The notes beneath the pieces were generated by a model. It was not told the DNA's origin, searched no databases, and saw only the letters and a program-made list of their open reading frames with translations. Made by a program: the position numbers and the translations under genes. Shown in pieces: positions 1 through 11,607 of a stretch of DNA of 64,000 bases. Source of the DNA: an uncultured Planctomycetota bacterium (lineage in GTDB: Bacteria > Planctomycetota > Planctomycetia > Isosphaerales > Isosphaeraceae). Position 1 is the stretch's first letter. Every line of letters begins with the position of its first letter. The stretch covers positions 256,001 to 320,000 of the forward strand of contig CAWGMQ010000004.1 of NCBI GenBank assembly GCA_963823665.1, read 5' to 3'.

Positions 1-876
1 TGATGCTAGGTGTGGTGATGCTTGTGCTTGCGACCGAAGGTCTCTGCGTGGTCAACCCGGCCGTCAAGAGGATCCAGCGGTTCATGGATGACCTCGAACG
101 CTCTCACGTCGAGTTGAAGGCTTACGCGCACAAGCTCGAGCGCAGCAACAGCGAGCTCCAGGACTTCGCGTCGGTGGCATCGCACGATCTGCAGGAGCCG
201 CTCCGCAAGGTTCAGGCGTTCAGCGACCGGCTGCGAAAACGATGCGCCGCGGCGCTCGACGACCAGGGGCGAGATTACCTCGACCGAATCCAGAACGCCG
301 CCGCCCGGATGCAAAGTTTGATCAACGACCTGCTGACCTACTGCCGCGTGGCAACGAAGGCACAGCCATTCGTTCCCACCGATCTCGTCTCGATCACCCG
401 GGAAGTCGTCTCTGATCTCGAGGCGCGAATTGAACAGGTGCAGCGGTCAAGTCGTCCTGGACGAATTGCCCACGATCGATGCCGACCCGCTTCAAGTCCG
501 CCAGCTCATGCAGAACTTGATCGGCAATTCGCTGAAGTATTCGCGGCCGGACGTTCCTCCGGTCGTGAAGGTATGGAGCAAGCACGAGCCGCACGTTGCG
601 GGCTCGGCGGCGGGGCGCCACCCCGCCCGTTCTGCGAGATCGTGGTCGAAGACAACGGGATCGGGTTCGACCAGATCTACTCCGAGCGAATTTTCACAAT
701 CTTCCAGCGGCTGCACGGCCGCAATGAATACGAGGGAACCGGGATCGGCCTGGCCGTTTGCCGGCAAGATTGTCGAACGGCACGGCGGCACGATCACCGC
801 GCACAGCACACCCGGCAATGGGGCAACATTCCTGGTTTCGCTGCCGATTCGCCAACCAACCGCGGGAGACAATTGA
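1..876 (+). CDS. Sensor histidine kinase (Cph1/bacteriophytochrome-type HisKA + HATPase), 5'-truncated by the window edge, with about 3 frameshifts
   Basis: H-box ASHDLQEPLRKVQAF, N-box QLMQNLIGNSLKY, G1 VEDNGIGF, G2 YEGTGIGLA and KIVERHGGTI are distributed between ORFs 3..1343 and 430..876. Confidence 0.85.
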
Positions 877-878
877 AG

Positions 879-1343
879 ATGCAAACGAACCGTGACTCGA
901 TCTCGATCCTGATCGCCGATGACGATGCAGATGATCGTATGATGGCCAAGGAAGCCCTCGAGGAGTGCCGGCTGGCCAATCCCATCGACTTCGTCGAGGA
1001 CGGAGTCGAGCTGCTGGCCTATCTTCGCGGCCAGGGCCGGTTTGCCGGGGAAACCAGACGCAGACCGGGCTTCATCATCCTCGACCTCAACATGCCCAAG
1101 ATGGACGGCCGCGAGGCACTTCGCGAAATCAAGGCCGACCCTTCGCTGCGCAGGATCCCGGTCGTCGTGATGACCACGTCGCAGGCCGAAGAGGACATCT
1201 ATCGGACCTATGATCTAGGCGTCAACTCGTTCATCACCAAGCCCGTCTCCTTTGATGGATTGGTCGATGTGATGCGCACCATGGGCGCATACTGGATCGA
1301 GATCGTCGAGCTTCCGGAAACCGGTCGCTCGCAGGAAGCGTAA
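879..1343 (+). CDS. Single-domain response regulator (Rcp1-like)
   Basis: ATG at 879 just after the HK stop; ILIADDDADD, IILDLNMPKMDG, YDLGVNSFITKP. Confidence 0.9.
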   Translation: MQTNRDSISILIADDDADDRMMAKEALEECRLANPIDFVEDGVELLAYLRGQGRFAGETRRRPGFIILDLNMPKMDGREALREIKADPSLRRIPVVVMTTSQAEEDIYRTYDLGVNSFITKPVSFDGLVDVMRTMGAYWIEIVELPETGRSQEA

Positions 1344-1345
1344 CC

Positions 1346-3515
1346 ATGAACCAAGACGCTCTCTCGCATTCTGCTCGTCGATGACGACGAGGACGATTAC
1401 GTCCTGACGCACGCCGTGCTCAACGAGTGCTACGGCGACCGCGTCGCCGTCGAATGGGTTTCGTCCTACGAGTTGGCCAGAGCCGCGCTGTTGAGCGGCC
1501 GTCACGAGCTCTGCCTGCTGGATTACCATCTTGGAAGCCGGACGGGACTCGAGCTGCTCCGCGAGACCAACTCCATCGGCTGTCCCACCCCGATTATCCT
1601 GCTCACCGGCAACGACGACTGGAACACCGACGTCGAGGCCATGGAGGCCGGGGCGGCCGATTACCTGGTCAAGGGACAGTTCGGAACAAGCCTCTTGGAG
1701 CGGTCGATCCGCTATGCCAGAGGCTTCGCTGCCGAACGCCAACATACGCTACAGGCCCTCCGAAGCAGCGAAGAGCGTTACGCCCTGGCCGTGCGCGGCG
1801 CCAACGACGGGCTCTGGGATTGGGACCTGACCACCAACCGGATCTACTTCGCCCCGCGCTGGAAGTCGATGCTGGGCTATGCCGAGGGCCAGATCGGCGA
1901 CAGCCCGGAAGAGTGGTTCGACCGCGTGCACAGAATGGACGTGGACCGGCTGAAGGCGGAGATCGAGGCACATCTCGCGGGACGATCATCCCACCTCGAA
2001 ACCGAGTGTCGCATTCTCCACGACGACGGGGCCTATCGCTGGTTCCTCACTCGAGGCCTGGCCGTTCGCGACGGCCGCGGCCGGGCCGTCCGGATTGCGG
2101 GCTCCCAGTCCGACATCACCCAGCGAAAACTGGTCGAGGACCGCCTGCAGCACAACGCCTTCCATGACTCGCTCACCGGTTTACCCAACCGCGCACTGCT
2201 CCTGGAGCGTTTGGGACAGGCCGTCGCACGGACAAAGCGGCGCCCTGAACGTCGGTTCGGTATCCTCTTCCTCGACCTCGACGGGTTCAAGGTTGTCAAC
2301 GACAGCTTGGGGCACCAGATGGGCGATCAGCTCCTGATCGCAATCAGCAGGAGGTTGGAGAGCTGCCTTCGCGACGACGACACCGTCGCCCGGCTCGGCG
2401 GAGATGAATTCATCGTCCTCATGCACGACGTCACCGAAACGCGCGATGTGTTCAACCTTGCCGAGCGGGTGCTCGAGCGCGTTCAAACTCCGTTCTCGCT
2501 CGAGGGGCATGAACTGGTGGTGACCGCCAGCATCGGCATCGCCCTGAGCACGTCGAATATCGATTGTGCTGAGGAGATGGTACGGAACGCGGATATCGCA
2601 ATGTACCGCGCCAAAGCCCGGGGCAAGTCGGGCTACGTCGTGTTCGACGAGGCGATGCACGCCGAGGCGGTGACCCGGTTGCAGCTCAACAACGACCTGC
2701 GGCAAGCAACGGCACGCGGAGAATTGCATCTTTACTACCAGCCAATCGTGGCCCTCCGGACCGGAGCGATCAGGGGCTTCGAGGCCCTGTTGCGGTGGCA
2801 CCACCCCGACCGCGGCCTGATCTGTCCAGACGATTTCGTCCCGCTCGCGGAGGAGACGAAGCTGATCTTGCCCATCGGCATGTGGGTGACCCTCACCGCG
2901 GCCCAGCAGCTCCAGAAATGGCGGCAACAGTTCTCGATGGCCGGCCCCCTCTCGATGAGCGTGAACATGTCCTGCCGGCAATTCTCGCAGGCCGATCTGG
3001 TCTGCCAGATCGAGCAGATCCTTCTGGCGACGGGGCTTGACGCCCACAGCCTGAGAATGGAGATCACCGAGAGTGCCATCATGGAACACGTCGAGACGGC
3101 TAGGTCGGTGCTCACAAAATTGAAATCTCTCGGGGTCAAGCTCGCCCTCGACGACTTCGGCAAGGGATACTCCTCGCTCAGCTACCTTCATCAGCTTCCC
3201 CTGGACACGCTCAAGCTCGACCGCTCGTTCGTCGCCAGGGTCGGGCCCAATGGCGAGAATACCGAGATTGTGCGGACCATCGTCTCACTCGCCAAGATTC
3301 TGGGGCTCGATGTGGTCGCTGAAGGCGTGGAGAAGGCCCACCAATTGGTCCAGCTCCGAGACCTGGGGTGCCAGTTCGGCCAGGGCTATTTCTTCTCACG
3401 ACCGCTCACTGCCGGCGCAGCCACCGCGATTCTCGCTGAGCCCCCCGATTGGCTGGAACGGTTGAACTTCGAAGCGCCGGAACTCGCCGATGCGGCTTCC
3501 GCCGTGCGTGTTTAG
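1346..3515 (+). CDS. REC-PAS-GGDEF-EAL diguanylate cyclase/phosphodiesterase (1-nt frameshift near 1364)
   Basis: ATG 1346 gives MNQDAL, then a shifted frame gives RILLVDDDEDD; PAS GLWDWDL; RDDDTVARLGGDEF; GFEALLRW; DDFGKGYSSL; GQGYFFSRP. Confidence 0.9.
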
Positions 3516-3564
3516 ACTGCCTTCCGCGATCGACACGACCAAAGCCTTCGCGCTTGCCAGGGCT

Positions 3565-3799
3565 TCATTTCTTGCGGGCGCTGAGCTTCTTCACAAACGC
3601 CGCATGCTCGGCCGATCGCAGGCCGCGCCCCAGAGTCTGCAACAGACGGGCCAGGTCGTACTTCCAGAGCGCCGGCCCATCGAGCCACAGGCCCGGAAAC
3701 ACCCGGGAGCGAAAGATGCCCTTCGCAGTGGGCCGGCACAATCACCGTCAGTCGTTGTCCCGCGCGAAGCGGTTGGATAGCGCGTTCGGAGATTGACAT
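3565..3799 (-). pseudogene. Internally deleted Uma2/DUF820-family endonuclease remnant
   Basis: N-terminus MSISERAIQPLRAGQRLT is joined out of frame to the typical Uma2 C-terminus GIFRSRVFPGLWLDGPALWKYDLARLLQTLGRGLRSAEHAAFVKKL*; the C-terminal frame was translated by hand and is not in the ORF track. Confidence 0.7.
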
Positions 3800-3880
3800 G
3801 ACCAGAGCCTCCAATGACGACACTGAGCCATCTTACCGGTCGGCGGATATCGCGTACGAATTGAAAGGAACCGAGATCCC

Positions 3881-5002
3881 TCAGGCGCACGGCCCGGCAC
3901 GCGCCACCTTGCGCAGCACCTCCAGCCCCCGAGTCAGCGTCGCGTCGTCCACGGCGTACGAAATCCGGAAATGGCTGTCGCTCATCGAGAACACATTGCC
4001 CGGAATAATCAGCACGTTGTTCTTGATCGCCTCGGCCACGAACTCGGTTCCACTGCCCCAGGGCGCACGCGGAAATGCATAGAACGCACCTTCCGGCCGG
4101 GCCAGCTCGAAATCGTCTGCCAATGCTTCGACCACCATGTCCCGCTTCCGCCGATACGCCGCGAACTGGGAGCTCAAATCTTCGTCGACGGCCACAACGC
4201 CGCCATGCTGGGCCATGGAAGGCGCACACACGAAGCTGAATTGCTGAAGCTTGGCCATTTCCTGGATCAAGCGGCCCGGGCCATGTGCATATCCCAGCCG
4301 CCAGCCGGTCATCCCGTGCGACTTGCTGAAACCGTTCACGACGAGCACGTTCTCGTTCCAGGTCGCCGGCGTCGCAAACGGACGATCATAGCAGTAGGTT
4401 CTGTAAACCTCGTCGCTGATCAAAAGCACGTCCCGCCGCCGGCAAACCTCGGCCAGGGCCCGCATCTCCTCCACGCTAGCCACGGCCCCCGTCGGGCTGG
4501 CCGGGCTGTTGACGACGATGCACTTGGTGCGCGGCGTGATCGCCCGCTCGACTTTGCCCGGGTCGATCCGGAAATCCGGATACGTTTCCACCAGGACGGT
4601 CCGCCCTCCCGCCAGCGTGGCAAGATGGCGATACATCATGAAGCACGGGTCAAACGTGATCAGCTCATCGCCCGGATCAACCACGCAGCAGACTGCCAGC
4701 AGAAGCGCTCCCGAGGTACCCGCGGTCACCAGCACCTGGCGGTCGGCGTGGCGAAGCTCGCCTTCGACGTCCGCCTGGATCTTTCCGCGCAGCTCCGGGA
4801 TGCCCTGAGTGACAGTATATGCATTGCGCCCGGCCTTGATCGCCTCGATCGCCGCGGTCTTGACTGGCTCGGCGACGTCAAAATCCGGCAGACCGATCGA
4901 GAGGTTGATCGGATCCTTCATGCTCTTCGCCATGTCGAACGCCTTGCGGATGCCCGACACGTCGATCTGCTTCATCCGGCCGGCGATCCAGGCGTCGTTC
5001 AC
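3881..5002 (-). CDS. PLP-dependent aminotransferase class I/II (aspartate aminotransferase-like)
   Basis: INLSIGLPDF, VNSPASPTG, LISDEVY, GFSKSHGMTGWRLGY; start at GTG 5002 inferred. Confidence 0.9.
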   Translation of the reverse strand: MNDAWIAGRMKQIDVSGIRKAFDMAKSMKDPINLSIGLPDFDVAEPVKTAAIEAIKAGRNAYTVTQGIPELRGKIQADVEGELRHADRQVLVTAGTSGALLLAVCCVVDPGDELITFDPCFMMYRHLATLAGGRTVLVETYPDFRIDPGKVERAITPRTKCIVVNSPASPTGAVASVEEMRALAEVCRRRDVLLISDEVYRTYCYDRPFATPATWNENVLVVNGFSKSHGMTGWRLGYAHGPGRLIQEMAKLQQFSFVCAPSMAQHGGVVAVDEDLSSQFAAYRRKRDMVVEALADDFELARPEGAFYAFPRAPWGSGTEFVAEAIKNNVLIIPGNVFSMSDSHFRISYAVDDATLTRGLEVLRKVARAGPCA

Positions 5003-5033
5003 GGCGAGCTCGACTTCTTTCTTGGAAGGTGGA

Positions 5034-5567
5034 TCAATAGGTGAGGAGACTGAAGATTTCGCTCGGCGCAAGCTTGGCACGCCCGTCCAGGAACGAAAGC
5101 TCGATCAGGAACGTGCAGGCCACAACCAGGGCCCCTGTCGACGTGACCAGATCGTGGCAGGCCTTCATCGTTCCGCCCGTGGCCAGCACGTCGTCGATCA
5201 AGAGCACGCGCTTGCCGGCTCCAAGTGCATCGCTGTGCACCTCGAGCTTGTCGCTGCCGTATTCGAGCTGGTATTCCTGGGCGATTGTCGCGTATGGGAG
5301 CTTTCCCGGCTTGCGAATCGGCACGAACCCGGCTTTGAGCTCAAGTGCCAGCGGCGCACCGAAAATGAATCCGCGTGCTTCCGCCGCCGCGATCACATTG
5401 ATTCCCTTGCTCGCAAAATGCCCGGCGAACTGATCGATCGACTCGGCAAATGCGGCGCTGTCGCCCAGGAGCGGCGTGATGTCCTTGAACATGATGCCCG
5501 GCTTCGGAAAATCCGGGATGTCTCGAATGTAGTCGTGCAGATCAAGCTTGTTTGCACCGCCGGGCAT
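5034..5567 (-). CDS. apt: Adenine phosphoribosyltransferase
   Basis: [42 protein letters not shown]. Confidence 0.97.
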   Translation of the reverse strand: MPGGANKLDLHDYIRDIPDFPKPGIMFKDITPLLGDSAAFAESIDQFAGHFASKGINVIAAAEARGFIFGAPLALELKAGFVPIRKPGKLPYATIAQEYQLEYGSDKLEVHSDALGAGKRVLLIDDVLATGGTMKACHDLVTSTGALVVACTFLIELSFLDGRAKLAPSEIFSLLTY

Positions 5568-5853
5568 GGAAGAAAAGCTCCCGAAGTGGCAAGAGGCCGG
5601 AATCGATTCGTGCTGGAGAGGCCCGGGGCCGGCCTCCGACTTCGGAGCCTGTCCCTGCCGTCCGCCACGAGATTACCACTATCGGGGAAGTGCCTGGCAA
5701 AGTCTAGAGTAGGGGCCGGCCCGGAGGCGGTCGGACGCCTGCATCCAACCGCGATCTCGGCCGGCCCCCGGCCTTGGTCGGTTTTGGTCTCCCCGACTGC
5801 GCGGGCTCAAGCGGCCCCGCGCCATTCGAGTTCGGCGTGATCTGATCCCGACT

Positions 5854-7233
5854 TCAGTTCGGAGACGCCGGTGTCGCAGTCGTGCCCGTGTTCGGGCTCG
5901 CGCTTGTGCTGTTATCCGTCGTCGTCGCCGTGTGTTTCGGCCGATTGATCCTTTTCTCGAACTCGCGCGCGACTTCCGGCGACAGCCCAGGCGGCGGCTG
6001 GGCCGCCACCTTGGCTCGCTCCGCAGCGCTCATGGATCCCCTGGAGCCGGCAGCCGCCTTGGCGGCATGCGGCGGGTTCGACATCAGCTTGACGTCGTCC
6101 TGAACGCCGTATTCCGTGTGCTTCTCTTCGTTGGCCAGCTTCACGGTTCCGGTCAACTGGTTCTCGATGGAAGAGGCCTTGATCAGCTCTTGCATCACAA
6201 GCCCCATCGCTTCCTTGAGCTTCACTTCGTAGATCATCTCGTGCGTCCGCTTGTAAACCAGCGGGTCCTTCAAGCTGATCCCCTTGTCGGCAGGAATCAG
6301 CGATTCGCGCCGAAGGATGATCCAGACCAGCTCGCTGACCTGAATCGGGCCCGTGATGCTCCCATCCTTCGGCTTGTGGCTCGGGTCTTTGTCTGCCTTG
6401 TCGCCGTCGACCAGTTGGTCGAATGCCGCGTCGGAGATCGTCTGCGGATACGCATGGCGCGTGATCGGCTCGGCCAGCAGCCCGCCCAGCGAGCGGCTGC
6501 CCGTGTCCATCGATTCATCCATCGCGAGCTTCTCGAATCCGCCGGGATTGTCGCGCAATTGCTCCCAGATCTTCATGGCCTTCTGCTGCGTGTCCACCAG
6601 GATCATCCGGCAGCGAATCTTCTCCGCATACTGGGCCTCGAACGCCTGCTGCATGTCTCCCGGCGTGACCTGCACTCGCCCTGCGCACAATTTCCGCAGC
6701 GCAAGCGCGGGATAGATGATGTCCCTCGCGTACTGAATCGGGCTGATATTGCGCTCTTTGTCCAGAGTGCGCAGCCACCCTTCACGGCTGATTCCGAACC
6801 GCTTGGCGACATCTTCGATTTCTTTGTCGATGTCGGCCGCGGTGACCTCGAGCTTCTTCGCCCGGAGCGCCTGCTCGACCAGCGTACGGTGAATCATGAC
6901 CTCGGCGATTTCCTTGCCCTTGCGAGCGATGCACTCATCTGCAAGCTGCCGGCGCGTGATCACCTGGCCGTTGACTTTGAGAATCGGGTCGTCGAGGTTT
7001 ACAGGAATCCGCGTCATCTGAGCGAGTGGAGCTTCGATCTCATCGAGGCGTACCGTCTTCTTTCCCTTTGTGTCAGGGCCGGGCGCCGTCGCCCGCGGCG
7101 CCGCTGGCGGCACATTGTATTTTTGCGCGGCATCGTCCTGCGCGATCGCGTGATGCCCGGAGCCGACGAGCCCCGCACCCAGGGCAAACGCAAACAGCCG
7201 GTAGCCGCTACCGCGAACCTTAGCGATCTTCAC
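5854..7233 (-). CDS. Exported PpiC/parvulin-type peptidyl-prolyl isomerase (SurA/PrsA-like foldase)
   Basis: Signal-like N-terminus, SurA-N-like region, CRMILV...FEKLAMDESMDTGSRSLGG; GGAG RBS before GTG 7233. Confidence 0.8.
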   Translation of the reverse strand: MKIAKVRGSGYRLFAFALGAGLVGSGHHAIAQDDAAQKYNVPPAAPRATAPGPDTKGKKTVRLDEIEAPLAQMTRIPVNLDDPILKVNGQVITRRQLADECIARKGKEIAEVMIHRTLVEQALRAKKLEVTAADIDKEIEDVAKRFGISREGWLRTLDKERNISPIQYARDIIYPALALRKLCAGRVQVTPGDMQQAFEAQYAEKIRCRMILVDTQQKAMKIWEQLRDNPGGFEKLAMDESMDTGSRSLGGLLAEPITRHAYPQTISDAAFDQLVDGDKADKDPSHKPKDGSITGPIQVSELVWIILRRESLIPADKGISLKDPLVYKRTHEMIYEVKLKEAMGLVMQELIKASSIENQLTGTVKLANEEKHTEYGVQDDVKLMSNPPHAAKAAAGSRGSMSAAERAKVAAQPPPGLSPEVAREFEKRINRPKHTATTTDNSTSASPNTGTTATPASPN

Positions 7234-7337
7234 GTGGCATCTCCCCAATTCCTTCGGCAACAGCCGGTACTCCCGTCCGCGTCCGTGCATTCGGGCCGGG
7301 ACTTTAAGGTTTCACGACAAAACGGTCAACCTCGAAA

Positions 7338-7358
7338 GTAGGTCAGGCTTGAGCCTGA
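7338..7358 (+). repeat. GTAG-type REP-like hairpin at the left IS flank
   Basis: GTAGGTCAGGCTTGAGCCTGA; related copies at 9139 and 22686. Confidence 0.75.
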
Positions 7359-7365
7359 TCGGAGG

Positions 7366-9112
7366 GGGTAGACGCCAGCTTCTGCTGGCTCCAGCAGGGG
7401 TCCGAAATCGTCAATAGGAGAACCCGGGTGTTTTGTGGTAGATTGCGGCTCCAGGGCTCTTTGGAGGATTAAATCTCGGCATAAAAGGAGTCAACCCATG
7501 GATGGGACAACGACCAAGCTCAAGGAAAAACTTGACCAACTCCTGCACGAGGCGGCGGAGGTTTCGGTAGCGCTTGATCGGGTTGAGGGCACCATCGTGG
7601 GGGTCCCTCATTACTCGGTCATCGAGGGTCGAGCCCATGAACTGGGCCAACAACTGAGCCGGCGGATCCAAGCGCAGCATATGGGTGATCTCGCCGCTCA
7701 CGCTCCTCCCTCGGCCAAATGCCCCGAGTGCGGCACTCGCTGTGACACTTCCCGCAAGAAACGTCAGGTGAGGTCTGTCGACGGCACTTTGACCGTCGAC
7801 GAGCCGGTTGCTCATTGCCCCAAATGCCGTCGGGGCTTTTTTCCCCCTCCGGGAGGCACTGGGCTTTGACGCTCGAGAACTGACCCCGCTCTTGGTGCAG
7901 CGGATCGCTGTCGCCGCCGCTGAGGCACGCTCGTTCGAGCGGGCGGCGATCGTCATGAAACAGGTAGGCGATCAGGGGGTTTCCGCCAAGACGATCGAGC
8001 GGGTGGTGCATGACGTCGGTCCCGAATTGGCCGAGCGTCGCGACGCTGACCCCAAGACGGACGAGGCCCTGGCGATGCGTCCTGCCAGCCCCGCTGAATT
8101 GGCCGTCGTCGAATGCGATGGAGGACGGATCCGCACCCGCGAGCCGGGGCATGGTCCCGGTGTGCATTCCACTGCGGAAGGCTGGCGGGAGACCAAGAAC
8201 GCGGTCTTGATCCGTGCGTCGCGTACCGTCTCCATCGACGATCCTCAACCCGAGCCACCAGCGTGCTTCTGCGACTCGGAGCATGTGGCCAAAATCGCCG
8301 AAACCGCGGCGCTCTCGGTCGCCTCATCGTTGCCTGGCTCATCTCCAAATCAGCGTCAGGAGGACTGCCCCGAGTTAGCCAAGCCGGCTAAAGCCGACGA
8401 TTGGCGCCCCAAGCGGCTGGTCCGCACCGTGCTCGCCAGCATCGCCGAGTCAAAGGTTTTCGGCAAGCAGATGGAGCGTGAGGCCAAGCGAAGGCGATTC
8501 TTCGAGGCCAACGCCAAGGCGTTCCTGGGGGATGGGTTGCCCTGGAACTGGTCAATCTGGAAGAAGCACTTCCCCGACTTCACGCCGATCCTGGATTTCA
8601 TCCACGTGCTGAGTTACCTGTTCCTGGCCGCCAAGGCGGTTCACGACGCGGCCGAAGATGCATGGAGCCAGTACCTCGTCTGGATGCGCGGTGCCTGGCA
8701 AGGGGACATGGCGCAGGTGCTTGAGGAACTGCGGGCCTGGCAAACCAAGCGCGGCGTTCCCGATAAGGATACGCCGGATAGCGACCCGCGGCAGATTCTG
8801 GCGACGACGATCAATTACCTGGAGAACAACCAAGACCGCATGAAGTACCCTGAATATCGCCAGGCCGGCCTACCGGTGACGACGGCCTGGATGGAGTCGC
8901 TGGTCAAGGAGATGAACTACCGAGTCAAAGGAACGGAGATGTTCTGGAATGACCCAGACGGCGCCGAGGCGATCTTGCAAGTGCGGGCTGTATCACTCTG
9001 CGACGATGAGCGATTGGCCAAGCACCTCCGTAGCCGCGCGGGCTGCGCCTTCACCCGCCGACCTAAGTCACCCAAACTCAATCGCCAAAAAATCCGAAGC
9101 TGACGTGCACCC
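7366..9112 (+). mobile_element. ISKra4-like (IS256 superfamily) insertion sequence
   Basis: Imperfect terminal inverted repeats GGGTAGACGCCAGCTTCTG (7366) and CCGAAGCTGACGTGCACCC (ends 9112), 15/19 matching; encloses a two-frame DDE transposase. Confidence 0.85.
7498..9103 (+). CDS. ISKra4-like transposase: ORF1 7498..7869 and ORF2 to 9103, joined at a T6C5 run (7837-7847)
   Basis: Zn-ribbon CPECG...CPKCRRGFFP; ECDGG, LGDGLPWNW, ILDFIHV, TAWMESLVKEMNYRVKGTEMFW; AAGGAG RBS. Confidence 0.85.
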
Positions 9113-9138
9113 ACTTGAGCCTGGGATCGGAGGTCCAA

Positions 9139-9161
9139 GTAGGTCAGGCTTGCAGCCTGAC
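9139..9161 (+). repeat. GTAG-type REP-like hairpin at the right IS flank
   Basis: GTAG followed by GTCAGGCT-TGC-AGCCTGAC. Confidence 0.75.
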
Positions 9162-9512
9162 AATTCAGCACCTTGCCTGTCTCGAGCAGCGAAAGCGACA
9201 CACCATCGATTCCGCGAGCATTCGTCGGTAAATGACTCCCGGGAAACAACACGAATCGCTGCCGGGTATACTCAAATGAATGACTGGATTGTCCAGACAC
9301 CGCCTGCGCAATCGCGCGGAATTTCCCCACCAGGTCCACCACGCCGCCCACAGACCGCTGCTCCAGACAATTCTTCGCCGAGCTCCGGCGAAGGAGTTCA
9401 TGGTGGAACCATCCGGGTGGAAGCTTTAAGATGCACATCGTTTCCTTCCTTCAAACGTGCGGCTCGTCGGGCCGAAGCCCTGAGCCGTTTCTGCGTCGGG
9501 CGGACCGCATTC

Positions 9513-11272
9513 ATGAACATCACGATCACTCGCGCGGCGGGAGTCGTCGTCCTTCTGGCCATGTTTCCGGTCTCGGGATTCGCCAAGCAAGCCCGCGCCG
9601 ACTCCGACACATTCTCCAAACATGCCGTCGTCGCCGGTGAAGGGCACGCCGCCGACGCCGGCCGCGAGGTCCTCAACCGCGGTGGTAACGCCATCGATGC
9701 TGCAATCGCCACGGCGTTCGCGCTGGCGGTGACACTCCCCGAAGCCGGCAATCTCGGCGGCGGCGGCTTCATCGTCGCCTACCTGAGCGACCGCCGCGAG
9801 GTCGTGACCGTCGACTTCCGCGAAATGGCACCGCGACTCCTCGACCCCGACCATGTACCTGGGTGCCGATGGAAAACCGCGGCCCCGCTACCGCGCCGGT
9901 GCCTGGTCGGCCGGCGTGCCGGGCACCGTCCGCGGCCTCGGGCTGGCGCACGCTCGATTCGGAAAAACACCCTGGGCCGAACTCGTCCGCCCCGCCGCGA
10001 AGCTTGCCCGTGACGGGTTTCCGATCTCGGCCGAGCTCGCCCGTTCACTCAACCGTCAGCTCGCACCCCGGAATCTGGAGCCAGGCCAACCAGCCGCACG
10101 CAACGACTTCGGCCGCCTCGGCGATTTCCCGGAGACGATCGCCGCGCTCGGCAAGCCCGACCGCACCCCCTGGAAATCCGGCGACCGGCTGATCCAGCAA
10201 GATCTCGCCGCCTGCCTCGACCGGATCGCGGAGCGAGGTGCCGATGAGTTCTACTCCGGCCGCACCGCCGAGTTGATCGCCCGATACATGAACGAAAAAG
10301 AGGGATTCGTTACCCTCGAAGACCTGAAGGCCTACCAAGCCAAGCTCCGCCCGCCGGTCCACACCACCTTCCGCGGATCCGAGATCTATAGCGTCGGGCC
10401 CCCCTCGTCAGGCGGGATCGTCCTTTGCCAGGTTTTGAATATCCTCGAGCGTTTCGACCTGCGCAAAGACGGCCGCGAGTCTCCCCAAACCGTGCATCGC
10501 GTCACCGAGGCGATGCGCCGGGCCTATTTCACGAGGGCCGACAAGCTCGGCGACCCCGACTTCGTCAAGATCGCGGTCGAAGAGCTGACGTCGAAAGCCT
10601 ACGCAAATCAGCTCGCCTCTACGATCGGCGTCCGCGCCACGCCGAGCCGGGAACTCGCACCTTACCCGATCGTGACCGCCGAAGGCGATCACACGACCCA
10701 TCTCTCGGTCATCGATCAGACAGGCAACGCCGTTGCCCTGACCTATACGCTTGAAGACTCGTACGGAGCAAAATGCGTCGTCTCGGGCGCCGGCTTCCTG
10801 CTCAACAACGAGATGGGTGACTTCAATGTCATACCGGGGCGAACCGACGCCGCCGGACGAATCGGCACGCTCGCCCAACTTGATCGCACCCGGCAAGCGA
10901 ATGCTCAGCTCGCAAACGCCTACCTTGGTCCTCAAGGACGGCCAGGTGCGAATGGTGACCGGATCGCCAGGCGGCCGGACCATCCCCAACACGACCCTCT
11001 GGGTCGTGCTCAATGACCTCGAGTTCGGCATGGAGCCCCGCGCGGCCGTCGACGCCCCTCGCACCCACCACCAGTGGTTTCCCGATGAGCTCGCCCTCGA
11101 AGGCCGGTCGTGGCCCGACCAGACGCGGCATGCATTGCTCGAATTGGGCCACCGGATCAAGGTCGTCAATCGCCAAGGTATCGCCAACACAATCGTCGTC
11201 GATCGCGCCGGGGCTCGAATCTTCGGAATCGCCGACCGGCGCAGCCCGCTCGCTCGAGCCGCCGGCGACTGA
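9513..11272 (+). CDS. ggt: Gamma-glutamyltransferase with signal peptide, 2 frameshifts (about 9835 and 10875)
   Basis: GGNAIDAAIATAFALAVT, GNLGGGGF, AGVPGTVRGL, catalytic HTTHLSVID, LLNNEMGDF, PGKRMLSSQTP, GSPGGRTI. Confidence 0.92.
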
Positions 11273-11607
11273 GCAGTCGCGGATCGCAAACATTTAATTA
11301 GTATTACGTTCCGGCGTCCAAAGGTCGCTGTCGACTCGGCCTGACTCGCCGATGAGTGATGCGGCGCGAGGACACTTGCCAACACCTGACTGGCGTTGCG
11401 TCGTTTTTCGGCAACGAGGGCTCGAAATGTGCGGCACAACCGTGGTTTCGGGCGTATTGGTAATACGTAGCGGTATCACCATGCGCATTTATCTCGGAAC
11501 GGAGCGCGCCGATGGCTCGCGGCACCCCGGATTGGGAATCTAGCGGCAAACGAATTGAGTTCGACTCAGCGAGCCATAGATTTGCATCTATAATGGAGAA
11601 AGCGAAG

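Noticed and set aside
3..1343. 446-aa HK-RR hybrid ORF from the track
   Set aside because: Artefact of frameshifts; the kinase ends at 876 and the regulator has its own ATG at 879
11273..11600. Possible riboswitch or ncRNA in the ggt downstream gap
   Set aside because: Only a short palindrome (CGTATT-GGT-AATACG) and no recognisable Rfam-like motif; a covariance-model search is needed
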